Positions 48,053 through 57,798 of a stretch of DNA of 64,000 nt are shown in pieces. The position numbers were made by a program, and so were the translations under genes. The notes below the pieces were generated by a model. The model saw only the letters and a program-made list of their open reading frames with translations. It did no database searches and was not told the DNA's origin. How positions within the stretch are numbered: position 1 is the stretch's first letter; each line of letters starts with the position of its first letter. The DNA is taken from assembly GCA_002366835.1 (NCBI GenBank), contig DFBZ01000147.1, positions 13,649 through 77,648 on the forward strand. Reading direction: 5' to 3'. This stretch comes from Gammaproteobacteria bacterium UBA3067. GTDB taxonomy: Bacteria; Pseudomonadota; Gammaproteobacteria; Pseudomonadales; UBA3067.

Positions 48053-50050
48053 ATGTCGGTCCAGCATACCTATTCTGAAAAAATGAATAACGATAACAGC
48101 AATACCCCAGATACCCCCCTCCCAATTATCAGCATTATCATTCCTGCGCTAAACGAAGCTGGAACCATAGACCGCCTGCTTAATGACCTGCTAGAGGGGG
48201 CCGACAACAAGGTAGAAATCATCGTATGCGATAGCCACAGTGACGATGATACGGCCTTGATTGTGAAGCGTTATACCCAGAGTCATCCCAATGTCCTAAA
48301 GTTAGTGCAGGCCCCTCAGCGCGGCGTTTCACTGGCGAGAAACCTTGGTGCCCAAGAAGCAAAAGGGGAATACCTGGTTTTTTTGGATGCAGACGCACGC
48401 ATCACGCTTACGTCTCTTTTAGACGGTGTAAAAGAAATGCAGGAGCGCGACCTGGTGGCCGCCGCCCTAAAGCTCAGATCCGCATCGGATTACTTACCTG
48501 ACCACCTCTTAATTTTCCTATTTAATTTATCTATCCAGTGCATGCAGTATTTTCAGCCCACAGCACCAGGCGCGGCCGGCTATATAATAAAACACAAGGC
48601 CCATAATACTTACGGTGGATTTAACCAAGGGATGCATTTTGGTGAAGATGTAGAATATCTACGCCGGGTGAGCCAAGGTGGAAAGTTTCGCATACTCAAA
48701 CAGGGGCGCATTCAATGGGACATGCGCCGCTTCCAGCAAGAAGGCAGATTAAACGTATTATGGAAGATGACATGGGGAACAATCGCCCAACTGAAAGATG
48801 TGACTGTCACAGATATCCCTTTTAACTATGATGTCGGAAGTTTTCATGAGAACGTCAATCTAGCAAAAAATAAAAAAAAGGGCGAACGGCGCATTCTTGC
48901 CCAGCCTTACCAAGTTATTGGTACGGTTCCACGTATTATTCCAGCCGAAATGGCAAGCCCCTTCCATTTTCTAAAACGCCCGTTAGAGCAAGTGGATTTC
49001 CTGCACGTTATGAAGGAAAACGGCAAAAACATCTCCCCCTACTGCTTGGACGATAAACGACGCTGCCTTCTATTCATCGAAACACCTGACAAGCTTGATT
49101 TACTCAATGCAGACCCTTTCTTTTATGAAGCGCAGCGAGATCACGCCACCAAGATCTATGCCGTTCCCTATGCCAGCTTGAGCATCCTGGTTGAAGAGCT
49201 GGTAGATGAACAAGAAGCCCTATCGGTATTTTTACACAGCACGGGGCGTTGCGGGTCCACGCTGTTGAGTCAGTTACTTGGTAGTGTTAAAGACACACTA
49301 TCCGTTTCGGAGCCGGATTTTTATAGCCAGGCCATGATGCTCTCAAAAGAATCATCAGGAAAAAGAGATGCCGAATTAAGCAAGTTGATGCAAAACTGTA
49401 CGCGCTTGCTTTCCTATCACCTGCATCGCAGCAAACCCAATGCCAGCCTCCACCTGATTAAACTCCGCAGCTGGGCCATTTTTGGAGCCCACCTACTTCA
49501 ATGGGATGAAAAACCCGCCAAGCACTTATTCCTTTATCGTCAGGCCGAACCCACCGTAAATTCATTTTTAAATGCTTACTTTAGCCTTGGCCAATATAAA
49601 TTCTGGCGGCGTTGGAAATTGGACACCCTGCTGCTTCGCGTGCTGGGAAGTATTCCTATCTTCCGAGAAGCCCTTGGCGCAACTGTTCCTCTCTTTAATC
49701 ACCCAATGTTTCGCGCTGATGGACGCCAAGGCGCCGATAAGTATTTTACCCTTCAGTGGTTATCCCATATGGATGCAGCGCACGAACTACAGCAGGCGTT
49801 CCCGGGATTTTTTTCGATAGTGCTTTGTTACGAAGAGCTAAAAGCGCAGCCTGAAAAATACCTGCACATGATTATGGAATCTTTATCTGGAGGTGAGACA
49901 GACTTTCAAGTGGCGACTGATTTAAGTAACATCCTGTCTCGCGATAGCCAAGCCGGCTCACGTTTTCAGAGTAAAGGCGAGCAACTCCTCACAGAGACAG
50001 ATAAAGCGCATGTTGCATCGCTTCTAGCGCGATACCCCATTGAGCTTTAA
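48053..50050 (+). CDS. Family-2 glycosyltransferase fused to a C-terminal sulfotransferase-like domain
   Basis: The N-terminus is GT2 (ISIIIPALNEAGTI.., VFLDADARI). The C-terminal half has a PAPS 5'-phosphosulfate-binding-like loop (STGRCGSTLLSQLLG) and a later LYRQAEPTVNSF segment. Confidence 0.65.
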   Translation: MSVQHTYSEKMNNDNSNTPDTPLPIISIIIPALNEAGTIDRLLNDLLEGADNKVEIIVCDSHSDDDTALIVKRYTQSHPNVLKLVQAPQRGVSLARNLGAQEAKGEYLVFLDADARITLTSLLDGVKEMQERDLVAAALKLRSASDYLPDHLLIFLFNLSIQCMQYFQPTAPGAAGYIIKHKAHNTYGGFNQGMHFGEDVEYLRRVSQGGKFRILKQGRIQWDMRRFQQEGRLNVLWKMTWGTIAQLKDVTVTDIPFNYDVGSFHENVNLAKNKKKGERRILAQPYQVIGTVPRIIPAEMASPFHFLKRPLEQVDFLHVMKENGKNISPYCLDDKRRCLLFIETPDKLDLLNADPFFYEAQRDHATKIYAVPYASLSILVEELVDEQEALSVFLHSTGRCGSTLLSQLLGSVKDTLSVSEPDFYSQAMMLSKESSGKRDAELSKLMQNCTRLLSYHLHRSKPNASLHLIKLRSWAIFGAHLLQWDEKPAKHLFLYRQAEPTVNSFLNAYFSLGQYKFWRRWKLDTLLLRVLGSIPIFREALGATVPLFNHPMFRADGRQGADKYFTLQWLSHMDAAHELQQAFPGFFSIVLCYEELKAQPEKYLHMIMESLSGGETDFQVATDLSNILSRDSQAGSRFQSKGEQLLTETDKAHVASLLARYPIEL

Positions 50051-50194
50051 GGGCATCTCTAAAAATTGCCTTTTTATCTGATAGCGGCGTCAGCTCCGTA
50101 CTCAACTCCTCATGTAGCCCTTCTACACTGCGGGTTTCCGTGCGGTGCTTCCTTGCTCTCGAATAAAAATTCTAATTTTTAGAGACGCCCTTAA
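50047..50194. mobile_element. MITE-like element, family 2
   Basis: TIRs TTAAGGGCATCTCTAAAAATT (left) / AATTTTTAGAGACGCCCTTAA (right) with one mismatch. About 148 bp with no ORF. The left end contains the TAA stop of the GT2-fusion gene. Confidence 0.6.
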
Positions 50195-50205
50195 TATCGA
50201 ACACA

Positions 50206-52563
50206 TTAGGGCGCCACTGAAACACCATCAGCGTGTTCCTTGGCGACCTTAACAACAAGGCTGTTCAATACGCTCGTGCCTGATAGCGGGTCGAAATCAT
50301 GACTCGATGTTAAGTCATTAAAACTTGTTCCTGAACACCTTTCAACCACCCCCGCTTCCTCGACAAAACCCTGACCGCTCCAACCGTGAGGTAGGGAAAT
50401 AACGCCCTTCATCATCGACGAGCACAACGCAACATGGGCAATAATGTGGTGTTGGTCCGACGCCACGCGCACCTTATTGCCTTCACTTACGCTTAAAGAA
50501 TGGGCATCTTCCGGATTCATCAATAAGGTATTGGAGGGTTTCCCCTTCGTTAATCTATCGACACGATTTAACCATGAGTTCATTGAGCGCGGTGTCCGCC
50601 TGCCAATAAGATAAAATTCACCCTCTGCTAAAGGAGCTATTCCCTCTGACACCTTGCTCACTTTCTCAAGCTCCGAAAGGTATATATCGGGTGCAAGGTG
50701 TACAGCTTTATCAGCGGTCAATAACCTGTCAGGCAGGCTTGAGATCATCGCACCCAGGTCCAAACCATTTGGATTACGTTTTAGATTCTTCAATGTTAAA
50801 GGAAGGCGTTTATTTTTTAAATCTTTCTCGCCAGTCCCGATCATTCGTTTTGAAAACGGCGAAACCTTAAAGAGCATCAGCAATTTGTACTGGTACCGAC
50901 CAAGAAAATTAGCGCTCGGAGAAGACAAAGGATTGTTTGGATTTTCGTGTGTGTTGAATATATTACTCAGGCGGTTTTTCCTGAATGTAATGCCATAAGG
51001 GCCAAGCTTTAACATAAAATCCAGCACACCATCTGGCCCGAATATTTTGAATATAAAGCAAAGCAAGCGAAGAGAGAAAGAGCGCAGAGAATATTCCCGA
51101 TTCAAAACATCACTCAACTGCAGAAGTATTTGCCAATCATGTTTCGCCCCATGCGCAGGAGAGAATAAGGGCTTTGAATAACGGGCATTATTACGCACGG
51201 CGGTGAGATTGCAGGTCATATTATATTGCGACCTTTCAAGGGCACTCGTGGGGGGCAAAACAATATTGGCAAAGCGGCTCGTTTCATTGATAAAGGAATC
51301 CACCGCCACCATAAAATCCAGCTGTCCAAGAGCCGCCTCAAGTTTTTTCCCGTCGGGAGTAGATAATACAGGGTTACCCGAAACATTAATAAAAGCCTTG
51401 ATGGCGTCAGGCTGATTCGACAGCATTGCATCTGCCATTTCTACAACGGGTATCTCCGCATCAAAAGAAGGTAACTGTCTTTGTTGGCTTTGAAACGCGT
51501 CAAACTCCCCGTTTTCATTGATGATCGCCGATAATAAGGCCAGGTCTACCGCAGGCGTGGGGAACATTAAACCACCCTCTTGGTCGAGATTACCTGTGAT
51601 AATATTCAGTACGTATAACAACCAAGCGTTAATCGCGCCATGTTTTTGTGTACAAATACCAAAACGCCCATAAGCCACCGCACGTTTAGCCGTAGCAAAC
51701 TCAAACGCAAGGGTTTCAATCATACCTCGCGCTACACCCGTTTGTTTGGCCACTTTCTCGATATCGAAGGTTTGGATTATTTTTTTAAAGCTCTCCACAC
51801 CGGTGGTGTAAGCCTGCCATTCACCCTGAGCCAGCCATTCATTTTCAAAAATAAAATGAATCAACGCTACTAATAGAAAAACATCCTGACCGGGATAAAT
51901 AAAAACATGCCTGTTTGCCAACTCAGCTGTTTCTGTCTTCCGAGGATCTATAGTGATGATTTTCCCACCACGACTCTGTAGGGCTTTGAGGCGTTTTTTA
52001 ATATAGGGCGCACTCATAAGACTTCCGTTAGATACAACGGGGTTAGCGCCAAAACAAAGAAGGTAGTCCGTACGATCAATATCGGGCACAGGCAGTAGTG
52101 CCATATGACCAAATAATTGATATGCGGCCAGCATATGAGGCAAGTGATCAGAAGAGGCAACACTAAAGCAGTTTTTACTGTTTAATGATTTTCGAAGCAG
52201 AATACTGGTGAGCAAACTACCATGATGATGGATACGGGGGTTGCCTAAGTATAAGGCGACACTGTTATCACCGTATTTCTTTTTAGCGGTCTCCAGTTCT
52301 TTTGCTATATCCTCGAATGCAGTTTCCCAAGATATCGTCTCCCACCCTTGAGGGGTTCGTCGAACCGGCTGCCGCAGGCGATCTTTGTGCTCGTGAATAT
52401 CCTTTAAGGCCAATGCTTTTGCACACATATGGCCCTTGCTAAACGGGTCATCGGGGTTACCTTTTATGCTGGTAACCTTGCCATGATGGGTTTGGATTTT
52501 CAGGCCACACATGGCCTCGCAAAGATTGCAAATTTGAATATGGGTATGAGTGTTGTTTGTCAC
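50206..52563 (-). CDS. Molybdopterin-dependent oxidoreductase (MopB superfamily, cytoplasmic single-subunit type)
   Basis: 785 aa. The N-terminal 4Fe-4S motif is C-x2-C-x3-C...C (CNLCEAMCGL...HMCAK). There is no signal peptide and no in-frame UGA. Confidence 0.82.
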   Translation of the reverse strand: MTNNTHTHIQICNLCEAMCGLKIQTHHGKVTSIKGNPDDPFSKGHMCAKALALKDIHEHKDRLRQPVRRTPQGWETISWETAFEDIAKELETAKKKYGDNSVALYLGNPRIHHHGSLLTSILLRKSLNSKNCFSVASSDHLPHMLAAYQLFGHMALLPVPDIDRTDYLLCFGANPVVSNGSLMSAPYIKKRLKALQSRGGKIITIDPRKTETAELANRHVFIYPGQDVFLLVALIHFIFENEWLAQGEWQAYTTGVESFKKIIQTFDIEKVAKQTGVARGMIETLAFEFATAKRAVAYGRFGICTQKHGAINAWLLYVLNIITGNLDQEGGLMFPTPAVDLALLSAIINENGEFDAFQSQQRQLPSFDAEIPVVEMADAMLSNQPDAIKAFINVSGNPVLSTPDGKKLEAALGQLDFMVAVDSFINETSRFANIVLPPTSALERSQYNMTCNLTAVRNNARYSKPLFSPAHGAKHDWQILLQLSDVLNREYSLRSFSLRLLCFIFKIFGPDGVLDFMLKLGPYGITFRKNRLSNIFNTHENPNNPLSSPSANFLGRYQYKLLMLFKVSPFSKRMIGTGEKDLKNKRLPLTLKNLKRNPNGLDLGAMISSLPDRLLTADKAVHLAPDIYLSELEKVSKVSEGIAPLAEGEFYLIGRRTPRSMNSWLNRVDRLTKGKPSNTLLMNPEDAHSLSVSEGNKVRVASDQHHIIAHVALCSSMMKGVISLPHGWSGQGFVEEAGVVERCSGTSFNDLTSSHDFDPLSGTSVLNSLVVKVAKEHADGVSVAP

Positions 52564-52631
52564 AAGTGCTATTTCACCGTCAAAAATAGACGCTACCCAT
52601 TAGAATTCACCCAAAAAACTATAAGGCTTTT

Positions 52632-52674
52632 TTAAAAAAAAGCGTGACCATTTATTTAAGCGCGATCACGCTTT
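52632..52674 (-). terminator. Rho-independent terminator downstream of the LolA-like gene
   Basis: On the reverse strand, AAGCGTGA...TCACGCTT (8-bp stem) is followed by T8. Confidence 0.55.
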
Positions 52675-52688
52675 ACTTAACCCGACAC

Positions 52689-53483
52689 TTATCGCGCTCG
52701 GCGTAAACTTGCCTGAGAAAAGTCATCCGCCGTTTTATTTTCCTGAAACAAATACTCACTCATAATCAAATCTGTACTTCTACCATCCGTCTGATTAACC
52801 ATATTCAAATGATGTGCCCGCCAGTATTTGTCGAGATAGAGTTTATAATTGGAAATCGTTAGGCGTTTGGCATGGCTGTCTTTGCGGTCATAAAAGTCAG
52901 CCTGGAAAATACGATACTCTTTTTTATCAACCCACATTATTTGACGGGTATAGCCAGAATCAGTGCTTTTTGGAATTCTTTCAACTACAAACATTTCTGC
53001 ACCCGCCAAGTTTTCATCGCGCAGGTATTTGTAGCGATAATCATCCACCTCCTGCGGTGCCAGATCTTCATAAGCAAACTCACTACCCAAGAAGGACCCT
53101 GCTTTTGATGAACCGCTAATGCGCTTTACACGGCCCAATTTTGGCAAATATAACCATTGATCATCCTCTCGCTCGCCATGAGCGTGGGTCAGCAAGGCCG
53201 TACCACGTACCTTTTTTGGTTCTCGAAAAATAATCAGTGTTTTATCACCCTCAGTATTATCCTCCAAAACACTCTGATCCATAATACGGCGGCTTTCCTG
53301 ACCCGATGCATTGCGTAGAATCATTTCTTGACGCGCACTAAAGTCTTTGAAGCCCATATCTCGGCTATCCATTTCAACAAAAATGTTACGGCCTATCTCT
53401 TCTGGCGTTTCGGCTATCACTTGCGATGCGAAAAATAAACTCGGTAGAAAAAATAAGCTTAGACTTAATTTACGTAACATCAT
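52689..53483 (-). CDS. Outer-membrane lipoprotein-sorting (LolA-like) protein
   Basis: 264 aa with a signal peptide (..FFASQVIA). The sequence pattern matches the LolA_like partners commonly encoded after MMPL/RND exporters. The start overlaps the upstream RND gene by 14 nt. Confidence 0.7.
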   Translation of the reverse strand: MMLRKLSLSLFFLPSLFFASQVIAETPEEIGRNIFVEMDSRDMGFKDFSARQEMILRNASGQESRRIMDQSVLEDNTEGDKTLIIFREPKKVRGTALLTHAHGEREDDQWLYLPKLGRVKRISGSSKAGSFLGSEFAYEDLAPQEVDDYRYKYLRDENLAGAEMFVVERIPKSTDSGYTRQIMWVDKKEYRIFQADFYDRKDSHAKRLTISNYKLYLDKYWRAHHLNMVNQTDGRSTDLIMSEYLFQENKTADDFSQASLRRAR

Positions 53484-55794
53484 TTTCTTTATCCTTCTGA
53501 ATTATGAGTAACAAGCTTGGCAGAATAAAATAGGTAATGCCAAGAGAAATAGCCAAGGCGATGGCAGTCATCTCTCCTAAAAATTGATTCGGTTTTAAGG
53601 CTGAAAATGCCAGCACAATAAAACCCAAGGTCAAAATGCTTGAGGTCACCCCAAGTGCGGTACCAACACGTTGGAATGAGTAGTAGATAGCCTCCCTCGC
53701 ACTAAGATTCTTTTCATTTTTAGCACGGAGATATTTGCTGAGAAAATGGATGGTGTTGTCGACCACAATACCAAAAGCCACCACCACGGCCGGCGCGGCG
53801 GCAATACCTAAATACCCATTAAACATCCCCCAAAGACCAAAACCAATAACACCTGGCGCGAGATTCGGTATCAAGCTTAGCAAACCCAGTTTTATATTGC
53901 GTAATGCTAGCGCGATAATAATGGAAATAAGTCCTATAGCCAGCAAACCGCCAATGATCATAGATTGCCCATTACGTTTCCCTGCATGGCCCATCATAAC
54001 GGATGGCCCGACACCCTCTACCACACGCAGTGCAGGCAAGTTTTTCTTGGCAAACACCAAAGCGCGGGTATCCAAATCAGCAATGGCCTGAGATTCCACA
54101 TTGCCCATTGTCACCGTAACACGTGTCATGCTTTGGTTGATGTTCACCAAGTTAGTCACATCAAGGCCATAGGGAAGCGACATTTCGTACAACAGGTGAT
54201 ACTGGGCCGCTAATTCAGAATCCCGTGGCGGCTGGTAGTACAGCTCATCCCCACCGTGCATGGTGCGATTCAAACGCCGCATAATGTCACTATAGGATTC
54301 CACATGAACGACCCCAGGCTGGGCTTTATACCACTGAGTCAGTTGATCTAACTGGCGCAAGTAGTCCGGCTCAAAAATACCTTCTTCACTACCCGAGTCC
54401 ACCGCATGGTGCACCAGCATCACACCGGTAAGGTGGTCGCGAATAAAGTCCGTATCCTGGCGAAATTGCATCTTCGGGCCAAACATCTCCTGAAACAGAT
54501 CATTAAACTGATTCAAGGTTAAGCCATGGGCGGTAAACACCAGAACAAGAACAAAGACCACACTGAACTCGTTTCGACGCCGAATAGCCAAGTCGGCAAC
54601 TTTATCCATAAAACCCTGACTCTTCACCGCTGGGCTATTGGCTTTTAAAGGGAAAAAACTCAACAAGGCTGGCAGGCTGACCACCGAAAAAAAGAAAGCA
54701 AACACAATGCCCATAGAAACGATGTTACCCAGAGCATGAAAAGGAGGTGACTCACTCGTGTTCAATGATAAAAAGCCAATACCCGTAGTGAGGCTGGTAA
54801 GAAAGATTGGCTTCATATTCACTTCGAGAGATTCAATAATCGCCTCATGGCGACTTTTTCCTGCCCGAATTTCCTGAAACATTGTCACTAATATATGCAC
54901 GCTATCAGCCACCGCCAAGGTCAAAATAACCACCGGCGCGGTACCCGTCATCAAGCTTTGCTCTATCTGCAAATACCCAGACATCCCTAGGGCAGACAAC
55001 ACGGATAATATAATAACCACAGTAACGCCGATGACCGCCCAAAATGAGCGCAGAAAAAAATAGGTGACCAATAAGATTAACGCAAACATAATTGGGAACA
55101 GGGTTTTCGCGTCCACCGCCCCCCCTTCCATAAAGGACTGCCCCATCATGATTTCACCCGTAAGGTAGGTTTTCAGATGCGGGTACTTCGCTTGGGTTTG
55201 CTTCATCAAATCGCGAACGTAAGCCACTGCACTGCCCTGCTCATGGGAACCGGCCTGAGGCAAGTGCATGGTGATATTCACTGCTGCAACAGAGGCATCA
55301 CTCGCAACAATACGGTCGACAATTAAAGGCTCACTAAGGGCGATATGACGCGCTTGTTTTATCTCGCTATCAGTGAGACTGGCAGCATTCTCTACCAGGG
55401 GTTTTACCAGCAGGTCATCCCCCGTGGCATAGGTATCCTGGAAATTGGTTAGTGAATCTACCCGCTTCGAATAGGGAGTTTTCCAGGCAAGTGCCGTTAA
55501 CCACTCAATGGCCTCCAGGGTTTCACGGCTAAACACACTTTCGTTTTCTGGCGCCAGCACAATCATTATATTATCGCGCTGACCAAATATATTCTGCATC
55601 GCATCAAAAGCGATTAGCTGAGGATAGTCTTCACTGAACATGACTCGATAATCAGCCGTCACCTTGATTTTCGGTAAACCCATCGCGCAGGCAACAGCAA
55701 TCAGAACAGAGGCGAGTAACACCAAATAGCGAAAACGAAGAATAAACTCTGCGAAATAACGAACGGAGAAAAACGATGTTTCATTTGCTCTCAT
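53470..55794 (-). CDS. RND-superfamily (MMPL/HAE3-like) exporter, paralog 3
   Basis: 774 aa. Conserved blocks: MFSEDYPQLIAF, WKTPYSKRVDSLTNFQ, GIVVDNTIHFLSKYLRAK. Confidence 0.8.
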   Translation of the reverse strand: MRANETSFFSVRYFAEFILRFRYLVLLASVLIAVACAMGLPKIKVTADYRVMFSEDYPQLIAFDAMQNIFGQRDNIMIVLAPENESVFSRETLEAIEWLTALAWKTPYSKRVDSLTNFQDTYATGDDLLVKPLVENAASLTDSEIKQARHIALSEPLIVDRIVASDASVAAVNITMHLPQAGSHEQGSAVAYVRDLMKQTQAKYPHLKTYLTGEIMMGQSFMEGGAVDAKTLFPIMFALILLVTYFFLRSFWAVIGVTVVIILSVLSALGMSGYLQIEQSLMTGTAPVVILTLAVADSVHILVTMFQEIRAGKSRHEAIIESLEVNMKPIFLTSLTTGIGFLSLNTSESPPFHALGNIVSMGIVFAFFFSVVSLPALLSFFPLKANSPAVKSQGFMDKVADLAIRRRNEFSVVFVLVLVFTAHGLTLNQFNDLFQEMFGPKMQFRQDTDFIRDHLTGVMLVHHAVDSGSEEGIFEPDYLRQLDQLTQWYKAQPGVVHVESYSDIMRRLNRTMHGGDELYYQPPRDSELAAQYHLLYEMSLPYGLDVTNLVNINQSMTRVTVTMGNVESQAIADLDTRALVFAKKNLPALRVVEGVGPSVMMGHAGKRNGQSMIIGGLLAIGLISIIIALALRNIKLGLLSLIPNLAPGVIGFGLWGMFNGYLGIAAAPAVVVAFGIVVDNTIHFLSKYLRAKNEKNLSAREAIYYSFQRVGTALGVTSSILTLGFIVLAFSALKPNQFLGEMTAIALAISLGITYFILPSLLLIIQKDKENDVT

Positions 55795-56029
55795 GGGCTT
55801 CCTGCCTTCCGGTGCAGTCTATATAAATTATTATTATGATTTAATAGAACCCTGAGGTTATTTAAATCCAAGATATTTTTTTCTTCTTTATAAGGCACAC
55901 CTGCTATTGCTGCTGAGCTAGCAATGCCGCACCCTGTTATTTTTTCTTAACCTACGGCTTTCATGTCTCATGTCAGTTTAACGCCCAAGCTCAATCGATT
56001 AAACACAGTCTATAAAACGACGACGTGCC

Positions 56030-56794
56030 TTAAAATTCTATTCCCCTATCAAAACAAAACCCATCCTCAACAAGGATTGCCCCAGCTACTCCGGCAAAAC
56101 AACTGTTCGAATATCTCTGAATATCAACACCAACAATGCCACAAACAGGCTCGTAAATTTCAATACAGGCAAGGACTTCACTTGGTTTTACCGGAACAGA
56201 AACACCGTCAAGAACACCACACTGCCCCTCAAAAACCAATGCAGCATTATTACCTGCCAACATACACGGGTTGCTAAATGTTTCATAAATAGGCTGGCAG
56301 GGCGTCGTAATACAAGCGATGGGCTTTAAACCGCATTGAGGATCATATTCCATGGTGCATATAAGGGGTTCGTTTTCTATCACCAGCTCAGCGGAATAAT
56401 CGGCAAGCTTATAGGGGGTATCTATATTGGAAGGCTCAGGGGAGATACTAAGCAAGGTCAATATATACTCGCCTTCATTCCCGAAACGGAATTGCGTAGC
56501 CCCTGCACCCCCTTGATTCAAAACAATGCTATAGCTCTTTTCACCATAGCCCAATGAAAACGGCATATTCACGTCACCTTCCCAGGCACAAACGGCATCC
56601 GCAGGACAACGGCTATCTTCTACATCACTGATACTGACAGAGATAGTTTCTTCCGTATCGACCTTTGCTACCTCACCGTATTCAAGTGTAAATACTTCAT
56701 CAATTGTCACTTTAAGTGCTTCTTCCTGCTTACATGCCGAAATGGCGAAAACACACAATATAAGTAAAAAATGATGGAGGTGTTTCACTTTCAT
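56030..56794 (-). CDS. Lipoprotein with two C-terminal Kazal-like domains
   Basis: Lipobox MKVKHLHHFLLILCVFAISAC. Kazal-like Cys/Tyr/Pro patterns: CTMEYDPQCG...FSNPCMLAGNNAALVFEGQC and CIEIYEPVCG...YSNSCFAGVAGAILVEDGFC. Confidence 0.65.
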   Translation of the reverse strand: MKVKHLHHFLLILCVFAISACKQEEALKVTIDEVFTLEYGEVAKVDTEETISVSISDVEDSRCPADAVCAWEGDVNMPFSLGYGEKSYSIVLNQGGAGATQFRFGNEGEYILTLLSISPEPSNIDTPYKLADYSAELVIENEPLICTMEYDPQCGLKPIACITTPCQPIYETFSNPCMLAGNNAALVFEGQCGVLDGVSVPVKPSEVLACIEIYEPVCGIVGVDIQRYSNSCFAGVAGAILVEDGFCFDRGIEF

Positions 56795-56834
56795 CCCTCT
56801 ACAATGATTAAGATATGTCGATGTCAAAAGGGTT

Positions 56835-57719
56835 TTAGCTTAATAACTGAGCCAGCGCCTCTCGTGTTGCGACAAGGGTTTCATCTGGGAACTCTTGCAT
56901 AAAATTATGACTGCCATCCACCGGGATACTCTGTATATACGGATTTTTTTCGCTTGCATCCACACAGCTCTGACCAATGGGTGAAGCTGCTTCATTGCTA
57001 TACAGAATAACGGTGGGGGTTTTTAGTTGATCTACCGAGTCCCAAATACTTAATAGAGGTTTAGAAAGAAGTTGCGCCTCAACCTCTACTGGGCAACGTA
57101 ATGACACACGTCCATTTTCGTGGGTCTCCATGGCATGGTCGATAAAACTTTCCAAGGCATCCTGACGCCAGGTTTTAAATGCCTGCTTGCTTTTAAGGTA
57201 GGCCATGGCCTCATCCCGGCTCGACCATTCAGTCACCTTTTTCAATACTCTGCTTACCATGGGGTTTTCTGGGTTTGCAAACAACTCAAATAACGACAAG
57301 GGAAAAATCATGGGGTCAAGAAGAACCAGACCCGAAAAGCGGGTGGGGTCCGCAGCAGCCATGATTAAACTCAGTGAGGCTCCATAGCTGTGCCCCATAC
57401 CAATAAATGGCCCCTTTTCAGCGTGTAAATCAAAGGCATCCATCACGGAGGTGGCGTTTTTAACCGCACTTTGCCAGCCGGTAAATTCACTACCAGGGTC
57501 ACTCTCACCATGGCCTTGCATATCTTGAATAAACAAACCGTAGTCACTGCTCAACTCTTTAAGCAAGGGCCAATAGGCACTGCCGCAAAATGCGGCGCCA
57601 TGCATAAATTGGATAGTTGTTGTATCTGCACGACGCAGATCTTTACCGCGTAAATATAAATCTTCCTGCACGGGATGCGCCCAGGGAGTGGCCTTACTTA
57701 AAATTGAACAATCTTTCAT
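56835..57719 (-). CDS. Alpha/beta-fold hydrolase
   Basis: 294 aa with the nucleophile elbow GMGHSYGA, an HGAAF oxyanion region, and a C-terminal His (DGSHNF). Confidence 0.8.
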   Translation of the reverse strand: MKDCSILSKATPWAHPVQEDLYLRGKDLRRADTTTIQFMHGAAFCGSAYWPLLKELSSDYGLFIQDMQGHGESDPGSEFTGWQSAVKNATSVMDAFDLHAEKGPFIGMGHSYGASLSLIMAAADPTRFSGLVLLDPMIFPLSLFELFANPENPMVSRVLKKVTEWSSRDEAMAYLKSKQAFKTWRQDALESFIDHAMETHENGRVSLRCPVEVEAQLLSKPLLSIWDSVDQLKTPTVILYSNEAASPIGQSCVDASEKNPYIQSIPVDGSHNFMQEFPDETLVATREALAQLLS

Positions 57720-57798
57720 GCGGGTTCTCTTATTATTTATTTCAAAGTGGCCGCATCATAGCACATGTCAATTTCGATCAAAAAACACCCTTGCAGCA

